25,992 nt of DNA from sequence record MT446416.1; one strand, written 5' to 3'. Every line of letters starts with the position of its first letter. Within the stretch, counting starts at the first letter, position 1. The translations under genes were made by a program, and so were the position numbers. Below, piece after piece: positions 1 to 9,082 of this stretch. A model generated the notes under the pieces. It was not told the DNA's origin and did no database searches. It saw only the letters and a list, made by a program, of their open reading frames with translations.

Positions 1-14
1 GCCCCAAATGAGGC
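1..14 (-). terminator. possible intrinsic terminator hairpin after clpP (U-tract would lie beyond the window edge)
   Basis: Minus strand GCCTC-ATTT-GGGGC hairpin 17 nt past the clpP stop; no U-tract visible. Confidence 0.3.
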
Positions 15-31
15 ATCAAATGAAATTCAAA

Positions 32-727
32 TTAGACCCACTCTTCCACGCCACCGCGACGTTTGACGAGATACTTACCTTCTTCGTTGCGTGGACCAAG
101 GATGATACCATCAATGAAACCATGTTCACCGTATTCGAGTGCTTCTTCAGCGTTCAACCACAGGTCACGGTCAGCATCTTTCAGTAGTTGTTCGTGTGAT
201 ACACCAACTGCTTCAGCAATTTCTTTCGTCAATAGTGTGTTCAATGCGTCAGAGTGTTTCAAAGAAATCTTCTGATCGGTAATCAGACCCTGAGTACCGG
301 AACTCACTTGGTGACACATGAAGTAAGAACGCTTACCACCTAGACGGAAACCTTTAGTTCCAACTACTGATTGTGTATAGCAACCCATTGATGCTGCATA
401 ACCCATTACTACTGTACGGATAGGAGATACACAAGACTTAGCAATGTCAGCGATACCCAAACCTGCGTGTACTGAACCACCAGGAGAACTAATGTAGAAG
501 GTAATTGGTTCAGAACCCTGAGAATCCAACCACACCAATTGTTGCTTGATGATATGTGCCATTTGGTCATTGAAGTCAGTATCAAGGAAAATGATACGGT
601 CTTGCATCATACGAGATGCTAGGTCATAAGTACGTTCTGCACCATTAACTTTTTCAACTACATAAGGAATAGAAATGTTGCGAACTTCACCACCAGCATA
701 ACCACCAAAATTGAATTGTTCAACCAT
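32..727 (-). CDS. clpP: ATP-dependent Clp protease proteolytic subunit (phage-encoded)
   Basis: DRIIFL, SPGGSV, AASMG (catalytic Ser), CHQ (His), downstream Asp (ITD), RDLWLNAEEALEYG; SD AGAGGA upstream. Confidence 0.92.
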   Translation of the reverse strand: MVEQFNFGGYAGGEVRNISIPYVVEKVNGAERTYDLASRMMQDRIIFLDTDFNDQMAHIIKQQLVWLDSQGSEPITFYISSPGGSVHAGLGIADIAKSCVSPIRTVVMGYAASMGCYTQSVVGTKGFRLGGKRSYFMCHQVSSGTQGLITDQKISLKHSDALNTLLTKEIAEAVGVSHEQLLKDADRDLWLNAEEALEYGEHGFIDGIILGPRNEEGKYLVKRRGGVEEWV

Positions 728-761
728 TGTTATTTTCCTCTATTGTTTCATTGATGTGAGT

Positions 762-787
762 ATTATATCACAGTGTTCGTATTTGTC
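762..787 (-). promoter_or_regulatory. promoter GACA-N16-TATAAT with TGn extended -10, upstream of clpP
   Basis: Minus strand TAGACA aatacgaacactgTGA TATAAT; -10 lies inside a TGTGA-N8-TCACA palindrome. Confidence 0.7.
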
Positions 788-1170
788 TACAAGTTTCTTA
801 AAAAATCTAGTAAACCGCAAATTGTATGTTTATTAAACATATCGTGGTCAATCTTTAACAACTTAACCATAGCATTATCATACACCGTAGAGTCGGTAAT
901 GTCAAACAAAGAATTTGTGTAATAACGTTCATTTTCTACATAAATGTATAATTCATTTGATTTGTCAAGATCTTCATAGAAGTTAGCATCAAAGTACTCT
1001 GCATTTCCATCAATCCAAACCTCAACTGAATCATCATATAAGCAGTAGTTTCTTGCTTCTTTTGAATATATTTCCAGCTTTCTGGCTGCACTGGAGTAAT
1101 GTTTATAACCATTAATCACGTACTTGATTTCATCATTGTACTCAATTATATATACAACAACATTTTCCAT
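787..1170 (-). CDS. hypothetical protein
   Basis: 127-aa ORF, start overlaps the upstream stop, phage-like composition. Confidence 0.75.
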   Translation of the reverse strand: MENVVVYIIEYNDEIKYVINGYKHYSSAARKLEIYSKEARNYCLYDDSVEVWIDGNAEYFDANFYEDLDKSNELYIYVENERYYTNSLFDITDSTVYDNAMVKLLKIDHDMFNKHTICGLLDFLRNL

Positions 1171-1565
1171 CAGTACACCCCTATTGACGCAAGAGCATGA
1201 AGAAATTCATATCGTATACCAACTGGGATGTCATCAAAATCAATCTCAATCATTCTTAGTGAATTTGAAAATTGTTCGTATCTAAAGAACATATTAATTG
1301 ATAAAGTACTGAATGGTAACACACCACCACGTCTATCATCATTAATTAGAACATACACCTTTCCCGTAAATGAATCTAAATCGTCTGCTTGTTTTACATC
1401 ACTGGTGAAGTGATGCCTATCTTTCATCACAGTACCAGTACCATCAGGATTGTAGTATTGGGTTTTGTCACAAGAGTATAGCATACGCATACCCAATCGT
1501 TGAAACATATAACAACTACCCAATATAACAAGCATTTTATCATCAATGTGAAGTGTATGTATCAT
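1170..1565 (-). CDS. hypothetical protein
   Basis: 131-aa ORF tightly packed with neighbours. Confidence 0.75.
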   Translation of the reverse strand: MIHTLHIDDKMLVILGSCYMFQRLGMRMLYSCDKTQYYNPDGTGTVMKDRHHFTSDVKQADDLDSFTGKVYVLINDDRRGGVLPFSTLSINMFFRYEQFSNSLRMIEIDFDDIPVGIRYEFLHALASIGVY

Positions 1566-1574
1566 AACATTACC

Positions 1575-2366
1575 TTAGATTTCAAATACAAATTTAGGAT
1601 CGTAATCGAAGTTCTCACATGCACCACTGTAAGATTCATAACCTCTTGGGTTACAAATGATACGAGTTTTCCCAATATTGTAGTCAAAGCTACTATGAAC
1701 GTGACCATGAATCCAAACATCAGCACCCAAATCTTCGATGTACTGGTCCATATCAGAACAATAACATCCATTCAGTGAGTCATTCTTGTATCTCGGAGAT
1801 ACACTCTGATAACTTGGTGCATGATGTGTTACCACCACAACCTTGAAATCATTATCATTCATTAGACGAACTGTGTCAACTGAATTTTTGATAAATTGTT
1901 TATCCTGATAATGCATGAACTCAACATCATCAGGTTTGAACTTACGTTTCCACGGTTCTGATGTTGTTCCATGACGAATGTGTTTATAATCATTCATCTT
2001 TTGTTGAGCATCAAACTTAACCAGTGCATTGCCTTTATCAAAGTCAGTCCACAGTGTACTACCAACCAGCAGTACACCATCCAGCCATACAAATTTGTTT
2101 TGCAAAAAGATGAAATTTGGAATCTCATCTTGCATATCGGACAGTACTTTATTAGTCTTGTGAATGTTTGAACCGTAGTACTCATGATTACCAGGAACCA
2201 GTACTACATTTTTGAACTGCTTACACAGTGATTCGATACCAGTACGGTAACGACTGCGTTTAACTTCATCGAAGTCCCCAGCAATGATCAGTACTGTATC
2301 ACTGTAATCACCACTATGGAGGTAATCAGTTCCACCGTGTACATCAGATGTTACGACAAATTTCAT
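1575..2366 (-). CDS. calcineurin-like metallophosphoesterase
   Basis: Motifs SDVH, AGD, GNHE, HHAP, HGHVH, NPRGY; start moved to ATG 2366 behind GGAGGT. Confidence 0.9.
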   Translation of the reverse strand: MKFVVTSDVHGGTDYLHSGDYSDTVLIIAGDFDEVKRSRYRTGIESLCKQFKNVVLVPGNHEYYGSNIHKTNKVLSDMQDEIPNFIFLQNKFVWLDGVLLVGSTLWTDFDKGNALVKFDAQQKMNDYKHIRHGTTSEPWKRKFKPDDVEFMHYQDKQFIKNSVDTVRLMNDNDFKVVVVTHHAPSYQSVSPRYKNDSLNGCYCSDMDQYIEDLGADVWIHGHVHSSFDYNIGKTRIICNPRGYESYSGACENFDYDPKFVFEI

Positions 2367-2380
2367 AATTACCTCCGTAG

Positions 2381-3461
2381 TTATTTTATTCTTACCCCAC
2401 CCCAATTCTCATATATTTCAATGATTTTGTCAATGTCTAAAGGTGATGTGGTTTCGGTATATCCGTCTTTCATTTCACGAGCATCAAGTACATGTGAAAA
2501 AGTTCTTTTACATTCAGCTTCTGCTGATTTACATAACGTGACCGATTCAAACTCCCATACGCCACAATTATTAACATCATAGATGGAATGTTTATTTTGG
2601 GATTTTTCTCTGGTTGTATAATTATTGGCAATACCATATTTTAATGCAATAGGAACCCCACTGTCAAGTACTAAATTTATGTAACATTGTTGTTGGTTGT
2701 TTCCATTACATGAACACGACACTTTACCACTTTTGAGATTACCCTGTTGACATTCACATACATCTCCACATACTGGACATTTATAAAACCAAAATATCGG
2801 ATGTCCATGATTATTCAAACGCTTAGATCTCCAAAACTTTGTACATGGATGGTATTTGCCAGTACTAAGAAAATCGTTTATATGAATATTATCATCAAAC
2901 AATCTACTCTGGCCTATTCTTTCATTACCACAATCATTACATGCTTTGTCATGAAACAGTAAATTGTCAATAGATGTTGTATTCCAGTATCCATGTTTTT
3001 TGCAATGCATTTTTAAATGCACCAACCCTTTTTGACGCACGGAATCCCATGAATCGTAAAAACCAAGGAAAGTATATCCTAACTGATTGCATTTTTCATA
3101 AACTTTCATCGTATATTGATATTTTGTCTTTTTAGATGAATTTGAACAATCACATCCTATTTTACCTTTTGAAATATTACTTTTCATTGATGCAAATATT
3201 CCAGTTCCGTGACATTTTAGGATTTTGTTTACATACATCACATTGTTCAAAATACATCTTAGTATAACCACCGACACCGGTTCTGACGAAACCAATTATA
3301 GAATCGTGGTTTGAACAATACTCATCAGTTTCAAGATTATTAATATCAAAATTTTTGGGAAGCCATTTGTATTTTTCTTCCCAAATTTTATATGATATTA
3401 ATAATGGATCTCCGCTATTATATAAATTGAAATAATCCGTTATTTCTTTATCAATTTTCAT
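2381..3461 (-). pseudogene. Zn-finger free-standing endonuclease-like gene (T5orf172/GIY-YIG-like C-terminus) split by a 1-nt frameshift near 3211-3221
   Basis: ORF 3177..3461 (CDVC) continues into ORF 2381..3295 (CDC, CKKH, CNDC, CPVC, KYGI...DGYTET) if 1 nt is removed; the 1081-nt span minus 1 is 360 codons. Confidence 0.6.
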
Positions 3462-4876
3462 TACTTTATAGAATTTAGTAGTTTAGTACTGAATACTTCA
3501 ATTGAACTCTCTTTAATTTCAAGGATTCGTTCGAAGCTATCACCAGTATCTTTATCATCACGTATACAATCAAATACAGGTAAAAACAAACTTGGTTCAT
3601 TAGTTCTTTTATCATATACAATATCATTACAAATACAAGTTACAATTTTGTCATATAATGAATTTCTGTTATTCCATATATCATCCAACATTTCATCAGT
3701 GAACCCAGTACCACAATTTGTTTTTAGAGTACCACATTCAGATTGAAGTGTCAATGCACCAAGTGTTCCTTTTCGTTTACCTGAACCTTCAATAAAATCT
3801 ACAATACGCAAATCAACCTCCATTTTCAACTTCACTTTTAGGCACGTTGGTGATGTGTGTGATTTAAATACAGAGTCACAACTTTTAATAATACTACCCT
3901 CTTCACCACGTGACATTAGTTCAGTATTGTAATCAAATGCATCTTTGAAATTTTTGAATTTTTTAAATTCAACCATACGAACAAATGTATTATTAACTTC
4001 TGAAATGGCTTTGACTAAATGTTCTCTGCGTTCTATTAGTTTGCAATTCCATGAACCATTATTATAATTATCTAATGGTATTGCATCCCATAAACAAAAT
4101 GCCACACTTTGTGCTTCCAATAAAGTTATAGTATTTTTGCCATCACCAGCTTTGGAAATTATACCATTATTATATGTTCGGGGCATTACAGTTTCACCAT
4201 CTTCACCACCAAGACACACACCCTCACCAATCAATGCAATACCATTAGCATACACAGGATCAATTTTAGCTAATTCCGAAGCAATAGCATTCAAAACATC
4301 ATCTTTTGTTCCAAGAAAATCATATACTTTTGCATTTCTACTGGTGGTTACAATTACACCATTTTTGATAGTGTGTGCAAGATAAGTTCCATCCATTTTA
4401 ACATCGCTGTAAAAATAATCATAATCTTTTAAGTTGATGTTTTTAATAGTTTTCTCGGTAAGAAGACTACAACGCTGGTATGGAACTTCTGAAATAAAGC
4501 CTTTACCGAATACATCATTACAGTTCTTTTCCTGAATACCACAATCAAGGTTCTTGGTAAGCATTTTACGAAGAACTTCCTGATCATCTTCAGAAACAGC
4601 ACCCAGTACTGAAGCAATGAAGTCACGTCCAGCATTTCCGGTCACACCACGTTTGTAAATGCATTCTAGCTTATCAATAGCTTCGTCTAATGTCATATGT
4701 TGATATACATCATCAGCTTGTGGTAGCTTTTTATACCCACTTACAATTGAAGGGTCTAGTGTATATTTCAGTACTTTTTGTAATGTTTGGTTATCTTTGT
4801 TTTGTTCAAGGATAGCTTTTTTACCCAGAGTACTGCTAGTATTTTTAATGCTTTCAAGAATTGCTAAAATGCTCAT
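3461..4876 (-). CDS. lig: ATP-dependent DNA ligase (T4 gp30-like)
   Basis: KMDG (motif I), IGEG, FCLWD, EGSIIK, LKVK; C-terminal OB fold with CGTGFTD. Confidence 0.95.
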   Translation of the reverse strand: MSILAILESIKNTSSTLGKKAILEQNKDNQTLQKVLKYTLDPSIVSGYKKLPQADDVYQHMTLDEAIDKLECIYKRGVTGNAGRDFIASVLGAVSEDDQEVLRKMLTKNLDCGIQEKNCNDVFGKGFISEVPYQRCSLLTEKTIKNINLKDYDYFYSDVKMDGTYLAHTIKNGVIVTTSRNAKVYDFLGTKDDVLNAIASELAKIDPVYANGIALIGEGVCLGGEDGETVMPRTYNNGIISKAGDGKNTITLLEAQSVAFCLWDAIPLDNYNNGSWNCKLIERREHLVKAISEVNNTFVRMVEFKKFKNFKDAFDYNTELMSRGEEGSIIKSCDSVFKSHTSPTCLKVKLKMEVDLRIVDFIEGSGKRKGTLGALTLQSECGTLKTNCGTGFTDEMLDDIWNNRNSLYDKIVTCICNDIVYDKRTNEPSLFLPVFDCIRDDKDTGDSFERILEIKESSIEVFSTKLLNSIK

Positions 4877-4887
4877 TGTATATTCCC

Positions 4888-6090
4888 TTATAGATAATAC
4901 TTTCCAATGTAAAGTGTATTACTTAGTGATAGCTGGACGTGACAAGGTTTTTCTTGGTAGTAACGAGTTGATGATGTTTTATTTTCTGTTGGTGGGAAGA
5001 AAGGAGAACGGTATCCATTCCATGTACCAAATGATACATGTTCGTTTAAATCCACATCCATTGTCATAATGCCATTAGCATCAATTTCAACTGGATACGC
5101 ACTGTATCGTTCAAATACATCAGTGTATTGAAGAATATAATCACCATTACGACCATAATAACTTCTGGTTGTATTGTTCTTTACACCAAAGAAAACACGA
5201 TATGCCTGTTCATCAACTTTACACATGAACGGTACGTTCTCGTTGAATCGTCCATTACTCATTATATCATCAGGATTGATTTCTTCGTACTTTACTTTCA
5301 AATCTTGTGCTTTAAACGACTTATCACTTATCAGTACTGGAATATTGCTTTCACATAATGGGTTACTGCGATTTCGTTGGATATTTTGCCAGAATGCATT
5401 AGCTTTAACAATTTCATCTTGAACTGTAGTTTTTACATTCAGTGCAGCACTTGGTTCTAACGCATAAGTTTCAAGACGAGCATTAAGAGCATATGTCCCA
5501 CGAGTAGTATTATATACTAAGTGATACTTGGAACTCTTATCAGAAAATGAAAACTCTTTAGTTTTCTTGATACAAATAGCATTTACTTTACCACAATAAT
5601 AGTAATCTTCCTTATTGTGTCTAAAACCATCACCCACTTTCAATTTAGAAACAACTTCTTTTTGATGTTCTTTCTTATTCTCCTTCTCAACCAATTTAGC
5701 AAAGGTTTTAGTTTTACCGTTAATTAGTTCTAAACTATTATTAAAGAACATAGGTTCAACAAATACACCCTTAACAATATCATTGTTGATGATAAGGTCG
5801 TTCATGTTTTTAGCACTCACCAAGAACTCGAAACCTTCAGGGTGACGTATGGTGAAGTATGTTTCACGAGCATGAACAGTGAGCTTATGTACCACAGAAA
5901 ACCCAATTGTAGGCACATTATCAATCCATAGTGACGGTAGATTGTTTTTCTTAGCCCAGTACTCGGCCTTTTCTTTTTTAGTCTCAAACGCTTTTGTGTG
6001 TGATTTTGTGGCATCTATAATATAACCAGTAACTTGGTTATGATTTACATATGAACGAGCCACAAATAACTTCTCTGGAAAATCCATCAA
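4888..6090 (-). CDS. hypothetical phage protein
   Basis: 400-aa ORF; no catalytic motif recognised. Confidence 0.85.
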   Translation of the reverse strand: MMDFPEKLFVARSYVNHNQVTGYIIDATKSHTKAFETKKEKAEYWAKKNNLPSLWIDNVPTIGFSVVHKLTVHARETYFTIRHPEGFEFLVSAKNMNDLIINNDIVKGVFVEPMFFNNSLELINGKTKTFAKLVEKENKKEHQKEVVSKLKVGDGFRHNKEDYYYCGKVNAICIKKTKEFSFSDKSSKYHLVYNTTRGTYALNARLETYALEPSAALNVKTTVQDEIVKANAFWQNIQRNRSNPLCESNIPVLISDKSFKAQDLKVKYEEINPDDIMSNGRFNENVPFMCKVDEQAYRVFFGVKNNTTRSYYGRNGDYILQYTDVFERYSAYPVEIDANGIMTMDVDLNEHVSFGTWNGYRSPFFPPTENKTSSTRYYQEKPCHVQLSLSNTLYIGKYYL

Positions 6091-6506
6091 ACAGTCCTCA
6101 TTGTACTAATTGCTTTTAATGTGTTAAACAATGCACCATATTTTACTTGCATTAGTTGATCCCCAGCAGGAAGATTCATACGCATAACAGACATGTCTTC
6201 AACCATTTCAGATGTACACAGTACTGCTACACATGTAGTTGCATCATTTAATCCGGCTTCATTGAATTTAGCGAATGGCACTTTTCCCTGCTTACAAAGG
6301 TCATCATAATAAGAATTTAACTTATCATGACCGCCAGCATTTAGTACTACAATAGTTTCGTGGTCATAATACCATTCATCAATAATAGTACTGAAAGCAG
6401 TACCTTCATATTCTTTAATTAGTTTTACGCCAGCATGAAATGCTTGAATTCCTGCTTGTACACCTTGGCAGTACATGTTTGTTAAGCAATATAATTTCAT
6501 TTCCAT
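6087..6506 (-). CDS. Pth2-like (peptidyl-tRNA hydrolase II fold) protein
   Basis: GIQAFHA, TIVVLN, EAG...TTCVAV follow the Pth2 pattern (AQxxHA, KVVL, DAGxT); catalytic positions diverged. Confidence 0.55.
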   Translation of the reverse strand: MEMKLYCLTNMYCQGVQAGIQAFHAGVKLIKEYEGTAFSTIIDEWYYDHETIVVLNAGGHDKLNSYYDDLCKQGKVPFAKFNEAGLNDATTCVAVLCTSEMVEDMSVMRMNLPAGDQLMQVKYGALFNTLKAISTMRTV

Positions 6507-6724
6507 ACCTCTTGTTTTTCTACAAACCCTTTACCATCACAATGTGGACAAGCATAATAACTGCGATAGTCTTCAGATGGTACTTGTTGTGTTCCATTAC
6601 ATGTAGGGCATACTTTACGTGCACCAGAAATAATACGTTCATGATGTTCAGCTTGTTTCGCTGAATCAAAAATACGACCATCTTCAGTTTGGTATTTTTC
6701 TACCATAACTTGAATTACTTTCAT
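6497..6724 (-). CDS. small protein with a DnaJ-type CxxCxG zinc finger
   Basis: CPTCNG and CPHCDGKG motifs. Confidence 0.65.
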   Translation of the reverse strand: MKVIQVMVEKYQTEDGRIFDSAKQAEHHERIISGARKVCPTCNGTQQVPSEDYRSYYACPHCDGKGFVEKQEVWK

Positions 6725-6734
6725 TTCTATTTCC

Positions 6735-7313
6735 TTATAAAAATGTTAAATCTTCAGTACTTAATTGTGATAATTTGCCATCATATTCAACTTCAACATA
6801 TATTGTTTGGTCTGAAATTATAACTACTCTTCTAATAACACCATAAACCACGACATTTTTGTTGTAATGGAATTTAACCTCTGCACCAATAAGTTTTTTT
6901 GATAGGAAGTTACGTACCTGTTTGATCTGGTCGGCAAGTATAGAATTGATGGTTTTTTTCATAATATATAAATCATACAATGATTTTTTAATATCATCAT
7001 GCATATTATTAACTTTTGGATCAGTTTCATCAAGTGCATTGTGAACATTCACTTGCATTTGAACTTCAACTTTAAGTTCTTCTTGTTCTTCAGGAATAAC
7101 TTTTTCAGGTTCTGGTGTAACCTGATCACGTTTATCATTAATCATGAAGTTGATATTACGTTCACCAAGTACTAATAAAGTAACAATGGTGAGTACTGGG
7201 GTCAGTACTAGACTAAGTAGTACATAGCCGATAACACTACGGTTGTAATTGTAGGCAAGCATACCTGCAATGACTACACCTAGTACACTAATAACTGCTG
7301 CGATTGTTAACAT
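6735..7313 (-). CDS. membrane protein, two N-terminal TM helices plus a C-terminal beta-rich domain
   Basis: Two hydrophobic stretches within residues 1-50, acidic linker, beta-strand-rich C-terminus. Confidence 0.75.
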   Translation of the reverse strand: MLTIAAVISVLGVVIAGMLAYNYNRSVIGYVLLSLVLTPVLTIVTLLVLGERNINFMINDKRDQVTPEPEKVIPEEQEELKVEVQMQVNVHNALDETDPKVNNMHDDIKKSLYDLYIMKKTINSILADQIKQVRNFLSKKLIGAEVKFHYNKNVVVYGVIRRVVIISDQTIYVEVEYDGKLSQLSTEDLTFL

Positions 7314-7617
7314 ATTCTACTCCTTTGTATATAAATTTACCAATATCTTCGATGTATAAACAGATTCCACCGCGTTCGTTTAACACAAGCCAATCACCAA
7401 AACCGCAACGAATGTTTTGTATATTAAATTCTTCAATACCATCCGGTGAATACGCAATGAATGGACATATTTCATCTGATATACCATTTACATAGTTATT
7501 ACATATTAAATCAAATGTATGTGAACTATAAGAATTATCAGTACTGAAAATGTGCATTAATGAATTAGATAGAATTACTATTGTTTTTTCCCACATTTTT
7601 AAAAAATCGTTATTCAC
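7288..7617 (-). CDS. hypothetical protein
   Basis: ORF 7288..7626; likely start GTG 7617, 8 nt after GGAG. Confidence 0.7.
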   Translation of the reverse strand: MNNDFLKMWEKTIVILSNSLMHIFSTDNSYSSHTFDLICNNYVNGISDEICPFIAYSPDGIEEFNIQNIRCGFGDWLVLNERGGICLYIEDIGKFIYKGVEYVNNRSSY

Positions 7618-7648
7618 AACAACCACTCCATGTCAGTGTCGTAATGAA

Positions 7649-7674
7649 ATTATATCACCGAATCAAGATATGTC
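7649..7674 (-). promoter_or_regulatory. promoter GACA-N16-TATAAT with TGn extended -10
   Basis: Minus strand GAGACA tatcttgattcggTGA TATAAT in the intergenic gap. Confidence 0.7.
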
Positions 7675-7980
7675 TCATGAGATTCGCATTTCATCCAGAT
7701 ATAAACTACATGCTTCGAAATTGTTGTCAGCACTTAAACCTAAATCAACCATCAGACCACAATGCGTTCCACAGAATTTCTTTATGTATAGTTTCTTATT
7801 GTTTGTACCTAAGTCATAAACATATTCATTTTCGAAAATAGTTTTTAAATCATTACAAATACTTTTTACTATCTTCATTACATCATTATGATACTCATAT
7901 GGTATTCCATCTAGTTCATTAATGATAATAGCAAAACCATTGTCATAGAGCTTTAATTTATTGAATGTATATGTATCCAT
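7675..7980 (-). CDS. hypothetical protein (helix + beta-domain small family)
   Basis: 101-aa ORF abutting its neighbours. Confidence 0.75.
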   Translation of the reverse strand: MDTYTFNKLKLYDNGFAIIINELDGIPYEYHNDVMKIVKSICNDLKTIFENEYVYDLGTNNKKLYIKKFCGTHCGLMVDLGLSADNNFEACSLYLDEMRIS

Positions 7981-8286
7981 TTAATATATAATCTCACTAG
8001 CTTCTGTTGTGTAAATGCCATTATCAGTCATTACCCTTACTGCAATCTTTATGTTTTTACCCATTTTGGCAACTATCAAACCAATGATAATACCATCCAT
8101 CTCAAACTTATTATTTCCAGCAGGATATCTAACTTTAATTTTAATTTTATTATCAATCAAGTATCTACGGATGATGTGGATTTCTGTTCTGAATAAATCC
8201 AAAAGAACTTCGCTCTGTTCCTTATCAGAACCATCAGCACAGCTATACAATAAATTTACTTGTTCAAATAATTTTTTTATATTCAT
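7981..8286 (-). CDS. hypothetical protein (helix + beta-domain small family)
   Basis: 101-aa ORF; ATGA-type overlap with the upstream gene. Confidence 0.75.
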   Translation of the reverse strand: MNIKKLFEQVNLLYSCADGSDKEQSEVLLDLFRTEIHIIRRYLIDNKIKIKVRYPAGNNKFEMDGIIIGLIVAKMGKNIKIAVRVMTDNGIYTTEASEIIY

Positions 8287-8585
8287 AAAAAACTCACAGA
8301 TTTAATATTACTAGTTGTATGTTTAAACACAGTATTATCAAACTTGTAAACAATAGTATTAAGAGATTTATAAAAATTAACATCAGTTATTACTGCTTTG
8401 GAACCATTGATTAAACACGATGATGACGGTAATTTATTTTCTAATATATTCTTTTCATCTGAACAAAGTGTTCCAATACAATCATAATATAAAGGTTCAC
8501 CAACTTTATCAGTACTAAGAAAATCGAAAGCAAGATCATCTATTAGTTTTATGTATTTGAATAAATCTTGATAGTACTCATTCAT
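8283..8585 (-). CDS. hypothetical protein (helix + beta-domain small family)
   Basis: Start moved to ATG 8585 behind AAGAGGA, overlapping the upstream stop. Confidence 0.75.
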   Translation of the reverse strand: MNEYYQDLFKYIKLIDDLAFDFLSTDKVGEPLYYDCIGTLCSDEKNILENKLPSSSCLINGSKAVITDVNFYKSLNTIVYKFDNTVFKHTTSNIKSVSFL

Positions 8586-8838
8586 GGTCGATCCTCTTGA
8601 ATTTAGCATTATTCGAATAAGTATATGAATGTCCAAAATCATTTACACCATGCACATTCAATACACCGTCGATGAAATAGATTCGGTCGATTGTTAGTTC
8701 ACGTTTATAATCTGAATTATCATACCAACACAGAACACGAATACCTTTGTACTTTGTAGTTAGCTCTTTTTCTAAATCAGTAATTAGACTATTGATAAGA
8801 TTACCTATCTGTGTTATATCTGTGTGAAATTTATCCAT
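8578..8838 (-). CDS. hypothetical protein (helix + beta-domain small family)
   Basis: 86-aa ORF with TAATG coupling to the upstream gene. Confidence 0.75.
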   Translation of the reverse strand: MDKFHTDITQIGNLINSLITDLEKELTTKYKGIRVLCWYDNSDYKRELTIDRIYFIDGVLNVHGVNDFGHSYTYSNNAKFKRIDHE

Positions 8839-8996
8839 TACAATAATCCTCTCACATAAAACATTGATGAAAATAGATAATCATCAGTACTGGAATTTAG
8901 TAGTTTATCAAAATTATAATTTTTATGTTTATTTTCATACAAAGACATTCTATAGAATCTTTCTATATTTTCTAAGTAGTCTTTTCGCAATAACAT
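8838..8996 (-). CDS. small hypothetical protein absent from the ORF track (52 aa, MLLRKDYLENIERFYRMSLY...YVRGLL)
   Basis: Translated by hand; its TAA overlaps the next ATG (TAATG); alternative GTG start at 9014. Confidence 0.55.
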   Translation of the reverse strand: MLLRKDYLENIERFYRMSLYENKHKNYNFDKLLNSSTDDYLFSSMFYVRGLL

Positions 8997-9027
8997 CTGT
9001 GTTGTTACATTCACTATAATGTACCTT

Positions 9028-9057
9028 AAAAGAAAAAGGGACCAAATTATGATCCCT
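9028..9057 (-). terminator. intrinsic terminator after the GIY-YIG gene
   Basis: AGGGATC-ataattt-GGTCCCT followed by TTTTCTTTT. Confidence 0.7.
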
Positions 9058-9082
9058 CAAAAATTATAATCCATAAAAATAT

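Noticed and set aside
754-773. CRP binding site
   Set aside because: The half-sites match but are spaced by 8 nt instead of 6; kept only as an unknown operator
5261-5269. TGATATAAT inside gene 4888..6090, and another at 20711
   Set aside because: Both are explained by codons (DDIM, FDIM) and lack GACA at the 16-nt spacing
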